In this document: piece by piece, positions 20,205-28,322 of the stretch
How the letters are laid out: each line of letters starts with the position of its first letter
Position numbering within the stretch: the stretch's first letter is position 1
NCBI GenBank assembly: GCA_964593515.1
Contig: CAZQJH010000001.1
Coordinates: 1-40,129, forward strand
Reading direction: 5' to 3'
DNA: 40,129 bases
Source: an uncultured Erysipelotrichaceae bacterium
Lineage (GTDB): Bacteria; Bacillota_I; Bacilli_A; Erysipelotrichales; Erysipelotrichaceae
Translations under genes and position numbers: made by a program
Notes under the pieces: model-generated
Database searches by the model: none
Seen by the model: only the letters and a program-made list of their open reading frames with translations
What the model was told of the DNA's origin: nothing

Positions 20205-20894
20205 ATGATTCGTTTAAAAAATGTATCGAAAAAATATAAAAATGGAGTTAATGCGTTAAAAGAAATGAATTTAACTATTGAAGATGGAGAATTCGTTTAT
20301 ATTATTGGACCAACTGGAAGTGGTAAATCAACCTTAATTAAATTATTAGACGGTGAAGAAATTCCGACTAGTGGTGAAGTTTGGGTTGAAGATGTTAATG
20401 TGGGGAAATTAAGACACTCAAGAGTACCAATTTATCGTCGTAAAATTGGGGTTGTTTTCCAAGATTTTCGCTTATTACCCAAACTAACAATCTTCGAAAA
20501 TATTGCTTTTGCTTTAGAAGTAATTGGGATGCGTAAGAAAGATATTCGTAAACGCGTACGTGAAGTTTTAGAATTAGTATCATTAAGTGATAAAGCTAAT
20601 AACTTCCCGCATGAATTAAGTGGTGGACAACAACAAAGAGCTACTATTGGTCGTGCAATTGCTAATCATCCAAAAGTATTAATTGCCGATGAACCTACCG
20701 GAAATTTAGATCCAGCAATGTCAGCAGAAATTATGGACTTATTACAAAAAATTAACGAAGTAGAACAAACAACTATTTTAATGGTAACGCATGATTCGAA
20801 CTTAGTTAATAAATATAAAAAACGTACGATTTGCTTAGAAGAAGGATATATTGTTGCGGATATTATGAAAGGTGGATATATCGTTCATGAGTAA
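20205..20894 (+). CDS. ftsE: cell-division ABC ATPase FtsE
   Basis: Walker A GPTGSGKST, signature LSGGQQQR and Walker B LIADEPTGNLD. ATG 20205 lies 8 nt after AGGAG; GTG 20196 is possible but less likely. Confidence 0.9.
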   Translation: MIRLKNVSKKYKNGVNALKEMNLTIEDGEFVYIIGPTGSGKSTLIKLLDGEEIPTSGEVWVEDVNVGKLRHSRVPIYRRKIGVVFQDFRLLPKLTIFENIAFALEVIGMRKKDIRKRVREVLELVSLSDKANNFPHELSGGQQQRATIGRAIANHPKVLIADEPTGNLDPAMSAEIMDLLQKINEVEQTTILMVTHDSNLVNKYKKRTICLEEGYIVADIMKGGYIVHE

Positions 20895-21786
20895 TTTCTT
20901 AAGAAGTTTACCACGACATATAAAAAGTGCGATATTATCACTATTTCGTAATTTTGCCATGAGTATTTCCGCAATAATGGCTGTAAGTATTACCATTAGT
21001 ATTTTAAGTATCTTCCTATTAATTATTAGTAATATTACTTATTTTACTAATAATGTAGTAGATGATTTTAGAATACATGTTGTTTTACAAAATGATATTA
21101 AAGCTGATAGTGAAATAGCTGCTATTAAAAATGAATTAAGTAAAATAGACCATGTTAAAGGAATTATCTATAGTGATGCGGATAATGAATTAGCATTAAT
21201 GATAAAAGAACGTGGGGATGCTTATCAAATGTATGAAAATGATAATCCTTTAAGTAATGCATTCTATATTGAAATAGATGATCCAGATTTAATGCATGAA
21301 ATAACTAATCAACTAAAAATGAAAGATTATGTTTTTGATGCTCAATATGGTGGAGATAGTGTTAATGGAATGATTGAATTACTTGGATATATCCGATATG
21401 GAGGAATTGCTTTATTAGCTATTTTATCGGCCTTAGTATTATTTTTAATTCATAATGTTACTAAAATTACGATTTATGCTCGTTCAAATGAAATTGGTAT
21501 AATGCGTAATGTTGGGGCTAGTGGATGGTATATTAAAACACCATTCTTATTAGAAGGAGTTTTAATATCATTAATTGGTTCAATTTTACCTTGTTTATTA
21601 ACTTATTTAGGTTATAAATGGGTACTTCAAATAAGTGGGGGATATTTATTTACGAGAGTATTTACACTAATTAGCTTTAAACCATATATTTATATCGTAA
21701 TGCTTATTTTATGTATCTTTGCGATTGTGGTAGGATTGATTGCTAGTTTCTTATCTGTAAATAAATATCTAAAGTTTAAACGTTAA
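20887..21786 (+). CDS. FtsX-like cell-division/ABC permease protein, copy 2
   Basis: Same topology as copy 1. Shared blocks are NPL, YGGD and EIGIMRNVGASGWYIKTPFLLEG. The start is ambiguous: ATG 20887 overlaps the ftsE end, or GTG 20872. Confidence 0.8.
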   Translation: MSNFLRSLPRHIKSAILSLFRNFAMSISAIMAVSITISILSIFLLIISNITYFTNNVVDDFRIHVVLQNDIKADSEIAAIKNELSKIDHVKGIIYSDADNELALMIKERGDAYQMYENDNPLSNAFYIEIDDPDLMHEITNQLKMKDYVFDAQYGGDSVNGMIELLGYIRYGGIALLAILSALVLFLIHNVTKITIYARSNEIGIMRNVGASGWYIKTPFLLEGVLISLIGSILPCLLTYLGYKWVLQISGGYLFTRVFTLISFKPYIYIVMLILCIFAIVVGLIASFLSVNKYLKFKR

Positions 21787-21802
21787 GTTTGGGAGAATAA
21801 TT

Positions 21803-22699
21803 ATGGAACGAAAAACAATTAAAAGAGCTATTCAATTAATTATGTTGATAGTTTTAGCTTTACAAGTTCTACAAGTAACCCCAGTTTTAGCTGATGTTGG
21901 TAATAGCTTTTCTGGTGGGGATAGTTATGATAGCAGTGATAACTACAGTTATAGTAGTAGTGGGGATGGCATTGATATTGGTTTATTAATCTATTTATGT
22001 TTAGAACATCCGATTGTTGCTGCAATTGTGATTATTATTTTAATTGTTGTAGCGATGGTAAATAAAAATAAAGTAACTAGTAATAATCATACAACACGTT
22101 ATGCTAATCCAGGTTTTAAGAGTAATAATCATTTAAATGAAAATGAGGTAGTAGCGCAAATTAAAGCTAATGATCCTGATTTCTCACAAGCAGAAATGAT
22201 TAGTTATGTTAATGAAGTATGGTTAGCTTTACAAGAAGCATGGGAAAAGAAAGAATGGCAACAAGTTAGACCATTTGAAAGTAATACTTTATTTAATATC
22301 CATAATCGTCAATTACAAGAATTTATTGATAATCATATGACTAACTATTTAAATAAACAAAATATTCGCTCGACTATTTTAGCTAGTTATCATCAAGATG
22401 CTAATCATGATATCTTGGATGTGAAATTAGATGCTTCTTTATTAGATTATACGCTAGATGATGAAAGTGGTAAGTTATTAGAAGGAAGTAAAGATCAATA
22501 TGTATATCGTTCATATCACTTACAATTTATTCGTAAAATTGGTAGTAAAACTAATTGTGATAGTGGAACAAATGTAACTAATTGTCCTAATTGTGGAGCA
22601 CCAACGCAAGTTACTAGTTCAGGACAATGTGAATATTGTAAGTCAGTAATCACTAATGGTGATTATGGTTGGGTTTTAAATAAATATGAACCTTGGTAA
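21803..22699 (+). CDS. Tim44-like domain membrane protein with embedded zinc ribbon
   Basis: Signal-peptide-like N-terminus, then a Ser/Asp/Tyr/Gly-rich linker and a TM helix. The C-terminal domain resembles Tim44-like/NTF2-like proteins (FSQAEMISYVNEVWLALQEAWEKKEW...). It carries CPNCG-x11-CEYC. Confidence 0.6.
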   Translation: MERKTIKRAIQLIMLIVLALQVLQVTPVLADVGNSFSGGDSYDSSDNYSYSSSGDGIDIGLLIYLCLEHPIVAAIVIIILIVVAMVNKNKVTSNNHTTRYANPGFKSNNHLNENEVVAQIKANDPDFSQAEMISYVNEVWLALQEAWEKKEWQQVRPFESNTLFNIHNRQLQEFIDNHMTNYLNKQNIRSTILASYHQDANHDILDVKLDASLLDYTLDDESGKLLEGSKDQYVYRSYHLQFIRKIGSKTNCDSGTNVTNCPNCGAPTQVTSSGQCEYCKSVITNGDYGWVLNKYEPW

Positions 22700-22725
22700 G
22701 AAGTGTGAATAACACTTCTTTTTTA
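22698..22725 (+). terminator. intrinsic terminator after the Tim44-like gene
   Basis: AAGAAGTGT (22698-22706) pairs with ACACTTCTT (22712-22720). A T-run follows. Confidence 0.7.
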
Positions 22726-22802
22726 TTGATATAATCAATAAAAAAAGTTAAACATTTAAGGCTAGATATGATAAACTTATATTAATGAGAGGGGGTCTTG
22801 TA

Positions 22803-24059
22803 ATGGGACTTATTAAAGCAGCTGTAGAAAGTGCTAAAACAACTTTAGCTGATCAATGGCTTGAATATTATTACTGTGATACGATGAGTAATGATATTTT
22901 ACTACAAAAAGGACATCGTCAAGTAAATAGTGGAAGTAATACGAAAGCTAGTGAAAATATTATTAGTAATGGTAGTGGAATTGTAGTAAATGCTGGTCAA
23001 GCGGTATTAATTGTGGAAGATGGAAAGATTGTGGATTTTAGTGCGGAAGCAGGAAGATTTACTTGGAATAATTCAAGTGAACCATCTTTATTTAGTGGTG
23101 GATTTGATGGGTTAATCGACTCATTTAAAACATTTGGTAAACGTTTTGCGCATGGTGGAACTCAAGGTAAAGATCAAAGAGTTTATTATGTAAATACGAA
23201 AGAAATCTTTGATAATAAATTTGGTTCACAAACACCAATGGCTTATAATGATCCAACTTATCGTGGAATCTATATTCGTTATTTTGGTTCTTATACTTTT
23301 AAAATTGTTGACCCAATTTTATTTTATAATAGTGTTGCGGGTAATGTTCGTGATCGTTATACTAAAGTTGATTTAATGCAACAATGTGATTTAGAATTTA
23401 TTACCGCTTTAGATGAAGCTTTTGCGAAATGTAGTGATAGTGGATATCAATATAATGATTTACCTAAACGTCAACGTGAAATTGCTACATTTATGAATGA
23501 AGCTTTAGATGATGAGTGGCGTACACGTCGAGGAATGGAAGTTGAATCGGTAGCAATTGGTAAAGTTACTCCTGATGATGAATCACGTAAACGTATTTCT
23601 TTAATTGATGATTCAATTATGATGTCTGATTCACGTATTGCAGCTGGTCGTATGGCTAATGCTCAAGCTAATGCATTAGAAAAAGCAGCAAGTAATGAAG
23701 CAGGGGCTTTCACTGGTTTTATGGGCTTTGGTATGGCTAATAACCAAGGTGGACAAGCAGTAAATAATTATGCACAAGGTTTAAGTCAAGATAGTAATAA
23801 TCCATTATTTAATAAACCAGAAATTAAAAATAATTCTGGTTGGACTTGTAGTTGTGGTCAAGTAAATGAAGGTAATTTCTGTAGTAATTGTGGAAGTAAA
23901 AAACCAAATAATACTTGGACTTGTAGCTGTGGACAAGTAAATGAAGGTAACTTCTGTAGTAATTGTGGAAGTAAGAAACCAAGTGGTTCATGGACTTGTG
24001 AATGTGGACAAGTAAATGAAGGGAATTTCTGCAGTAATTGCGGTAAAGGTAAAGCCTAA
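22803..24059 (+). CDS. SPFH/Band-7 family protein (YdjI-like, 'virion core protein'-type) with three C-terminal zinc-ribbon repeats
   Basis: N-terminus MGLIKAAVESAKTTLADQWLEYYYCD...IISNGSGIVVNAGQAVLIVEDGKIV is typical of this SPFH subfamily. The C-terminus has three copies of WTC(S/E)CGQVNEGNFCSNCG. I prefer ATG 22803, 7 nt after GAGAGGGGG. Confidence 0.75.
   Translation: MGLIKAAVESAKTTLADQWLEYYYCDTMSNDILLQKGHRQVNSGSNTKASENIISNGSGIVVNAGQAVLIVEDGKIVDFSAEAGRFTWNNSSEPSLFSGGFDGLIDSFKTFGKRFAHGGTQGKDQRVYYVNTKEIFDNKFGSQTPMAYNDPTYRGIYIRYFGSYTFKIVDPILFYNSVAGNVRDRYTKVDLMQQCDLEFITALDEAFAKCSDSGYQYNDLPKRQREIATFMNEALDDEWRTRRGMEVESVAIGKVTPDDESRKRISLIDDSIMMSDSRIAAGRMANAQANALEKAASNEAGAFTGFMGFGMANNQGGQAVNNYAQGLSQDSNNPLFNKPEIKNNSGWTCSCGQVNEGNFCSNCGSKKPNNTWTCSCGQVNEGNFCSNCGSKKPSGSWTCECGQVNEGNFCSNCGKGKA
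23841..24056 (+). repeat. three tandem 75-bp coding repeats (zinc-ribbon modules)
   Basis: Units start at 23841, 23916 and 23991. Units 1 and 2 differ at 4 of the first 66 nt by eye. Unit 3 is more diverged. Confidence 0.9.
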
Positions 24060-24706
24060 TGGAATATAGTGCTTTAATTGTAGCAGCAGGTAGTGGTTCA
24101 AGAATGAATTTGGGTTACAATAAAATGCTATTTAAATTTAAAAATGGACAAACGATTATTGAGAAAACCGTAGCTATTTTTAAAGAAGATGCTGATTGTA
24201 AACAAATTGTAGTTGTAACTTCTGGTGAAGAAATTCTTACTTTTACTAAACTATTAGGACATGATAAAATTGTTTATGCTAAAGGTGGGGAAACTAGAGC
24301 ACATTCAGTTATGAATGGATTGTATGCATGTAGTAATGAATATGTATTAATCCATGATGGAGCTCGTCCATGGTTAAGCCATGAATGCTTAAACAATTTA
24401 AAAAAGACTTTAGTAGAAACTAAAGCCTGTATATTAGCTATGCCAGTTAAAGATACGATCAAAGTAGTTGATAATGGTATTATTCAAAATACGCCTAAAC
24501 GTGCGACCTTATATTTAGCTCAAACACCACAAGCATTTATCACCGAAGAAATTCTAGCTGCCTATAAACAAGGTTTTGAAAAAGGAATTGAAGTTAGTGA
24601 TGATGCTTCAATGATGGAAGCATGTGGAAAACGTAAGGTCATGATTGTTGAAGGAAGTTATGCGAATGCTAAAGTAACAACTATTGAAGATATTCAAGGA
24701 ATGTAA
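24059..24706 (+). CDS. ispD: 2-C-methyl-D-erythritol 4-phosphate cytidylyltransferase (a TarI-like CDP-alcohol cytidylyltransferase is not excluded)
   Basis: 215 aa with ALIVAAGSGSRM, IHDGARP and AQTPQAF motifs. The ATG shares one nt with the upstream TAA. Confidence 0.8.
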   Translation: MEYSALIVAAGSGSRMNLGYNKMLFKFKNGQTIIEKTVAIFKEDADCKQIVVVTSGEEILTFTKLLGHDKIVYAKGGETRAHSVMNGLYACSNEYVLIHDGARPWLSHECLNNLKKTLVETKACILAMPVKDTIKVVDNGIIQNTPKRATLYLAQTPQAFITEEILAAYKQGFEKGIEVSDDASMMEACGKRKVMIVEGSYANAKVTTIEDIQGM

Positions 24707-24707
24707 T

Positions 24708-24742
24708 AAAAAACCTATGGATTTTATACCATAGGTTTTTTT
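24708..24742. terminator. bidirectional terminator between ispD and the MATE gene
   Basis: AAAAAACCTATGG pairs with CCATAGGTTTTTT (24708-24742) with an 8-nt loop. It has A/T runs on both sides. Confidence 0.85.
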
Positions 24743-24747
24743 AATGA

Positions 24748-26088
24748 TTAGGCATTAGCCCAATTACCTTTTTTATAATATATAATAAATAAGATAGTAG
24801 AAGCAAGCCAAGTAATTGGCCATCCCATAAAGACTACGCGAATATCATTAAAGATTGGTACACTAATTGTAATCCAAGCCATACGCATTAAACACCAACA
24901 TACAATCATGACAATCATCGGTACTTTGGTTTTACCACTACCACGAATAATTCCATTGAAAGCATGAGAAATAGCTAATAAGAAATAACATGGTGCTAGA
25001 ATTTGCATTTGGTAAATTCCATATTTAATAACTTCGCGATCATTAGAGAATAAAGTTAATAATTTATCACTAAATAAGATTAAACATAACGAAATAACAA
25101 GGGTGGTGGTAATCGATAAGATTAAACCACTTCTAACTCCTTTTTTAAAACGATCAATTTTCTTAGCCCCAATATTTTGACTAGTAAAAGTTGTTAGGGC
25201 ATTAGCATAACTTAATACCGGTAAGATAGCAAAACCATCAATTTTAGAATATGCACTACATCCGGCCATGGCAATACTTCCAAAGCTATTAATATTACCT
25301 TGAACTACTAAATTAGAAAAAGAAACAATTCCATTTTGAATTCCACTAGGAATCCCAACACGAATGATTTCTGAAAGCATTTCTTTGTCTAATGATAATT
25401 GTTTAAAGGAAAAACGATATTCCTGTTTAGTTGTAGATAATTGCCATAAAGTAAGTAAAGCACTAACTCCTTGGGCAATAATAGTTGCATAAGCTGCTCC
25501 AGCAATCCCACTTTTAAAATAAACAATAAAGACTAAATCTAAGATAACATTAATAATCGTAGAAATAATTAAATAGTATAAAGGATGTTTAGAATCACCT
25601 ACGGCGCGTAAAATTCCACTAGCCATATTATAAAACATCGTAAAGATATTACCGATGAAAATAATTTTTAAATAAGTAGTAGCTTCACTCATAACTTCTG
25701 CAGGGGTATTAATAAACTTAAGAATTGTTCCACAAGCAAAATAACCAACTATACTCATTAAAATACCTACAATAATAATAAAAGCAATTGCGGTATGTAA
25801 TGATCGGGATAATTTATCTTTTTCCCGCGCTCCGAAATATTTCGCAATAATAACACTAGCCCCAATTCCAATCCCCATAAAGAAACTAACTAGAAGGTTG
25901 GTGACTGGAGCACTAGAACCAACGGCAGCTAAAGCATTATCACCGATGAAATGACCAACAATGGCACTGTCAACAGCATTGTATAATTGTTGGAAAAGAT
26001 TACCTAATAATAAGGGAATAGAAAAAATAATAAGATGTTTAGTAATACTACCTGAGGTCATTAGACCACTAACTTTTTGCTCGGACAT
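24748..26088 (-). CDS. MATE-family efflux transporter
   Basis: 446 aa with about 12 TM helices. The N-terminus (IPLLLGNLFQQLYNAVDSAIVGHFIG) is typical of MATE/NorM-like exporters. Confidence 0.85.
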   Translation of the reverse strand: MSEQKVSGLMTSGSITKHLIIFSIPLLLGNLFQQLYNAVDSAIVGHFIGDNALAAVGSSAPVTNLLVSFFMGIGIGASVIIAKYFGAREKDKLSRSLHTAIAFIIIVGILMSIVGYFACGTILKFINTPAEVMSEATTYLKIIFIGNIFTMFYNMASGILRAVGDSKHPLYYLIISTIINVILDLVFIVYFKSGIAGAAYATIIAQGVSALLTLWQLSTTKQEYRFSFKQLSLDKEMLSEIIRVGIPSGIQNGIVSFSNLVVQGNINSFGSIAMAGCSAYSKIDGFAILPVLSYANALTTFTSQNIGAKKIDRFKKGVRSGLILSITTTLVISLCLILFSDKLLTLFSNDREVIKYGIYQMQILAPCYFLLAISHAFNGIIRGSGKTKVPMIVMIVCWCLMRMAWITISVPIFNDIRVVFMGWPITWLASTILFIIYYKKGNWANA

Positions 26089-26185
26089 ATAATCCCTTCT
26101 TTCTGTTAGGACTAATTATAGCACAATTTATCTACAATTGACTTTAGAAAACGAAGAATATAAAATAATTATAAGGAGTGATTAG

Positions 26186-26551
26186 ATGAAATATTGTGAG
26201 GAATGTGGTAACGAATTATTTGATGAAGCAATTCTTTGTCCAAAATGTGGAAAAATGTATCAAGAAGAAAAAATAGTCGTAAAAGAACAAAATGTTTTCT
26301 GGTGGGGGTTGCTTAGCTTATTAGTGCCAGTAGTGGGGGTAGTATTGTTTTTTGTATGGAATGATACTAAACCTAAAACGGCAAGAACATGTATGATTTG
26401 TGGGATAATAAGTTTTATCTTATGGTTTATTATTTTGATAGCCATATTTTGTTTAATTATAGTAATGTGTATTATATTTGGTGAATATGGTTATGAATTT
26501 TATTATGATACAAGTTTTGCACTAATTAGTTGTTTACGTTACATTATGTAA
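26186..26551 (+). CDS. zinc-ribbon membrane protein, paralog A
   Basis: MKYCEECGNELFDEAILCPKCG (CxxC-x11-CxxC) followed by TM helices. It shares the motif WNDTKPKTAR with paralog B. Confidence 0.7.
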   Translation: MKYCEECGNELFDEAILCPKCGKMYQEEKIVVKEQNVFWWGLLSLLVPVVGVVLFFVWNDTKPKTARTCMICGIISFILWFIILIAIFCLIIVMCIIFGEYGYEFYYDTSFALISCLRYIM

Positions 26552-26655
26552 AAAATATGACATTTTTTACATAAAAAAAGAAAATGTTTACAAAAAAGTG
26601 TTGCTTAACCGATATCTAAATGTTATTATAAGTACTATAAAAGGGGGTATTTATT

Positions 26656-26964
26656 ATGAAATATTGTGCAAATTGTGGTAATGAATTAGTTGATGAAGCA
26701 GTTGTTTGTCCTAAATGTGGTGTTGCTTGTGAAATTGTGAAACCTAATACACCAGCTGAAGAAAACAATGCTTTATTATTTGGGGCAATTGGATGTTGTG
26801 TGCCAATTGTTGGTTTAATTTTATGGTTAGTATGGAAAGATAGCAAACCTAAAACAGCTAAATATGCAGGTATTGGGGCTTTAATTTCAGTTATCTGTGT
26901 TATTATCTATTATGTTTTTGTTGCTGCAGTAGTTGGTACTCAAGTTGCTGGATATTACTACTAA
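26656..26964 (+). CDS. zinc-ribbon membrane protein, paralog B
   Basis: MKYCANCGNELVDEAVVCPKCG followed by TM helices, with the motif WKDSKPKTAK. SD is AAGGGGG. Confidence 0.7.
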   Translation: MKYCANCGNELVDEAVVCPKCGVACEIVKPNTPAEENNALLFGAIGCCVPIVGLILWLVWKDSKPKTAKYAGIGALISVICVIIYYVFVAAVVGTQVAGYYY

Positions 26965-26966
26965 TA

Positions 26967-27338
26967 ATGATTGCTTGGTGTTACAAATGGTTACCAATAA
27001 TATTTGGTTGTCATTGTCGCAAAGAACGTAGTTTTCATTACCATGGGAAACAGTTTCCAATATGTGCTCGATGTAGTGGGGAATTACTAGGGATGATTTT
27101 GGGAATTGGTTTATGCTTTATTATTAAATATAATTGGATTATGATTGTAATAATGATGCTACCGATGGTTATTGATGGCAGCATTCAAGCCTTAACTAAA
27201 TATGAAAGTAATAATTTTAAACGTTTAATCAGTGGAACATTGTTTGGAATAGCTTTAGTTTTTTGCTTTCATGCTTATACTTTAAGTGCGATAAATAGTG
27301 GAATAAAATTAGGAAAGTGGTTAGCACAATTTAAATAA
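26967..27338 (+). CDS. DUF2085-family membrane protein
   Basis: CHCRKERSFHYHGKQFPICARCSG plus 3-4 TM helices, the hallmark of DUF2085. It starts 2 nt after the stop of paralog B. Confidence 0.7.
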   Translation: MIAWCYKWLPIIFGCHCRKERSFHYHGKQFPICARCSGELLGMILGIGLCFIIKYNWIMIVIMMLPMVIDGSIQALTKYESNNFKRLISGTLFGIALVFCFHAYTLSAINSGIKLGKWLAQFK

Positions 27339-27391
27339 CCACTTTTTTATTTTGTACGATGAAAATCGTAAGAAAAAATATAAAAAAATAC

Positions 27392-27420
27392 TTTACAAAG
27401 ATAAAATGCAGTGCTATAAT
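27392..27420 (+). promoter_or_regulatory. sigma-A-like promoter of rpsF-ssb-rpsR
   Basis: TTTACA (27392-27397), a 17-nt spacer, then an extended -10 TGcTATAAT (27412-27420). Confidence 0.6.
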
Positions 27421-27488
27421 CACTAAGCGAGTAGAAATACTACTCCCCGCTCTGTAAAGGGCCAAAGACCAAGAGGAGGTGTACTGGT
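27421..27488 (+). promoter_or_regulatory. structured rpsF 5' leader (candidate S6:S18 autoregulatory element)
   Basis: The hairpin has outer helix AGCG/CGCT (27426-27429 with 27448-27451) and inner helix AGTAG/CTACT (27430-27434 with 27440-27444). It carries a C-rich bulge (27445-27447) containing CCG. CTCC (27443-27446) is complementary to the SD GAGGAGG (27473-27479). Confidence 0.45.
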
Positions 27489-27782
27489 ATGAAAAAATAT
27501 GAAATCATGTACATTGTGAACGCATCTTTAAGTGATGAAGCACGTGCTGAAGTTATGAACAACTTACACGCAATCATTACTGACCACCAAGGATCAATTG
27601 ATTCAGTTGACGAATGGGGTGTAAAAGAGTTCGCATATGAAATCAAACACATGAACAAAGGGTACTACGTAGTAGCAAACGTAACTGCAAACAATGAAGG
27701 AATTCATGAATTCGAACGTTTAGCACGTATCAACCACAACGTAGTTCGTTTCTTAGTTGTTAAAACTGAAGGAGAAAAATAA
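27489..27782 (+). CDS. rpsF: 30S ribosomal protein S6
   Basis: 97 aa with MKKYEIMYIV... and WGVKEFAYEI, in the rpsF-ssb-rpsR context. Confidence 0.95.
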   Translation: MKKYEIMYIVNASLSDEARAEVMNNLHAIITDHQGSIDSVDEWGVKEFAYEIKHMNKGYYVVANVTANNEGIHEFERLARINHNVVRFLVVKTEGEK

Positions 27783-27797
27783 GAGAGGTGAAGGAAA

Positions 27798-28301
27798 ATG
27801 ATTAATCGTGTCGTTTTAGTAGGGCGTTTAACCAAAGATCCAGTGTTACGCAGAACACCTAATGGAACAAGCGTTGCATCATTTACCATCGCTTGTGATC
27901 GTCGTAATAAAGTAGAAGGTCAACCAACAGCCGATTTTATTAGCTGTACTTGTTGGAATCGTGTAGCAGAAAATACTGCAACATATACCCACAAAGGCTC
28001 ATTAGTTGGAGTTGAAGGAAGAATTCAAACTAGAAGTTATGATGATCAAAGTGGAAAACGTGTTTACGTTACGGAAGTTGTTTGTGATTCGGTTCAATTT
28101 TTAGAACCTAAAGGAAGTAATAATCAACAAGCTGGATATCAAAGTCAAGTTCAACCAACATATCAAGCACAAAATGATTATGGATTCCAAGCAACAAACA
28201 ATTCATTTAATGCTGGGTTTCAAGAACAATCTAATGCATACTCAGCTGATTTCAATTCTAGCAATGGTTTAGATATTGCTAGCGATGATTTACCTTTTTA
28301 G
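27798..28301 (+). CDS. ssb: single-stranded DNA-binding protein
   Basis: OB-fold N-terminus [15 protein letters not shown], a Q/N-rich linker and the C-terminal tip DDLPF. Confidence 0.95.
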   Translation: MINRVVLVGRLTKDPVLRRTPNGTSVASFTIACDRRNKVEGQPTADFISCTCWNRVAENTATYTHKGSLVGVEGRIQTRSYDDQSGKRVYVTEVVCDSVQFLEPKGSNNQQAGYQSQVQPTYQAQNDYGFQATNNSFNAGFQEQSNAYSADFNSSNGLDIASDDLPF

Positions 28302-28322
28302 AAGGTAGAAAGGAGAATATTC

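Noticed and set aside
24057-24061. The TAATG overlap coupling the SPFH gene to ispD, as evidence for a functional link between isoprenoid synthesis and the SPFH protein.
   Set aside because: One-nucleotide stop/start overlaps are common throughout this compact genome (secA/prfB, yybS/gdpP, yycJ/rlmH). The overlap by itself does not indicate shared function. It is mentioned only as context.
26547-26575. A perfect AT-only inverted repeat, TGTAAAAAAT-ATGAC-ATTTTTTACA, after zinc-ribbon paralog A.
   Set aside because: It may act as a weak terminator or spacer between the paralogs. However, the stem is almost pure A/T and is followed by an A-run, not a T-run, on the + strand. I did not call it a terminator or a mobile-element end.
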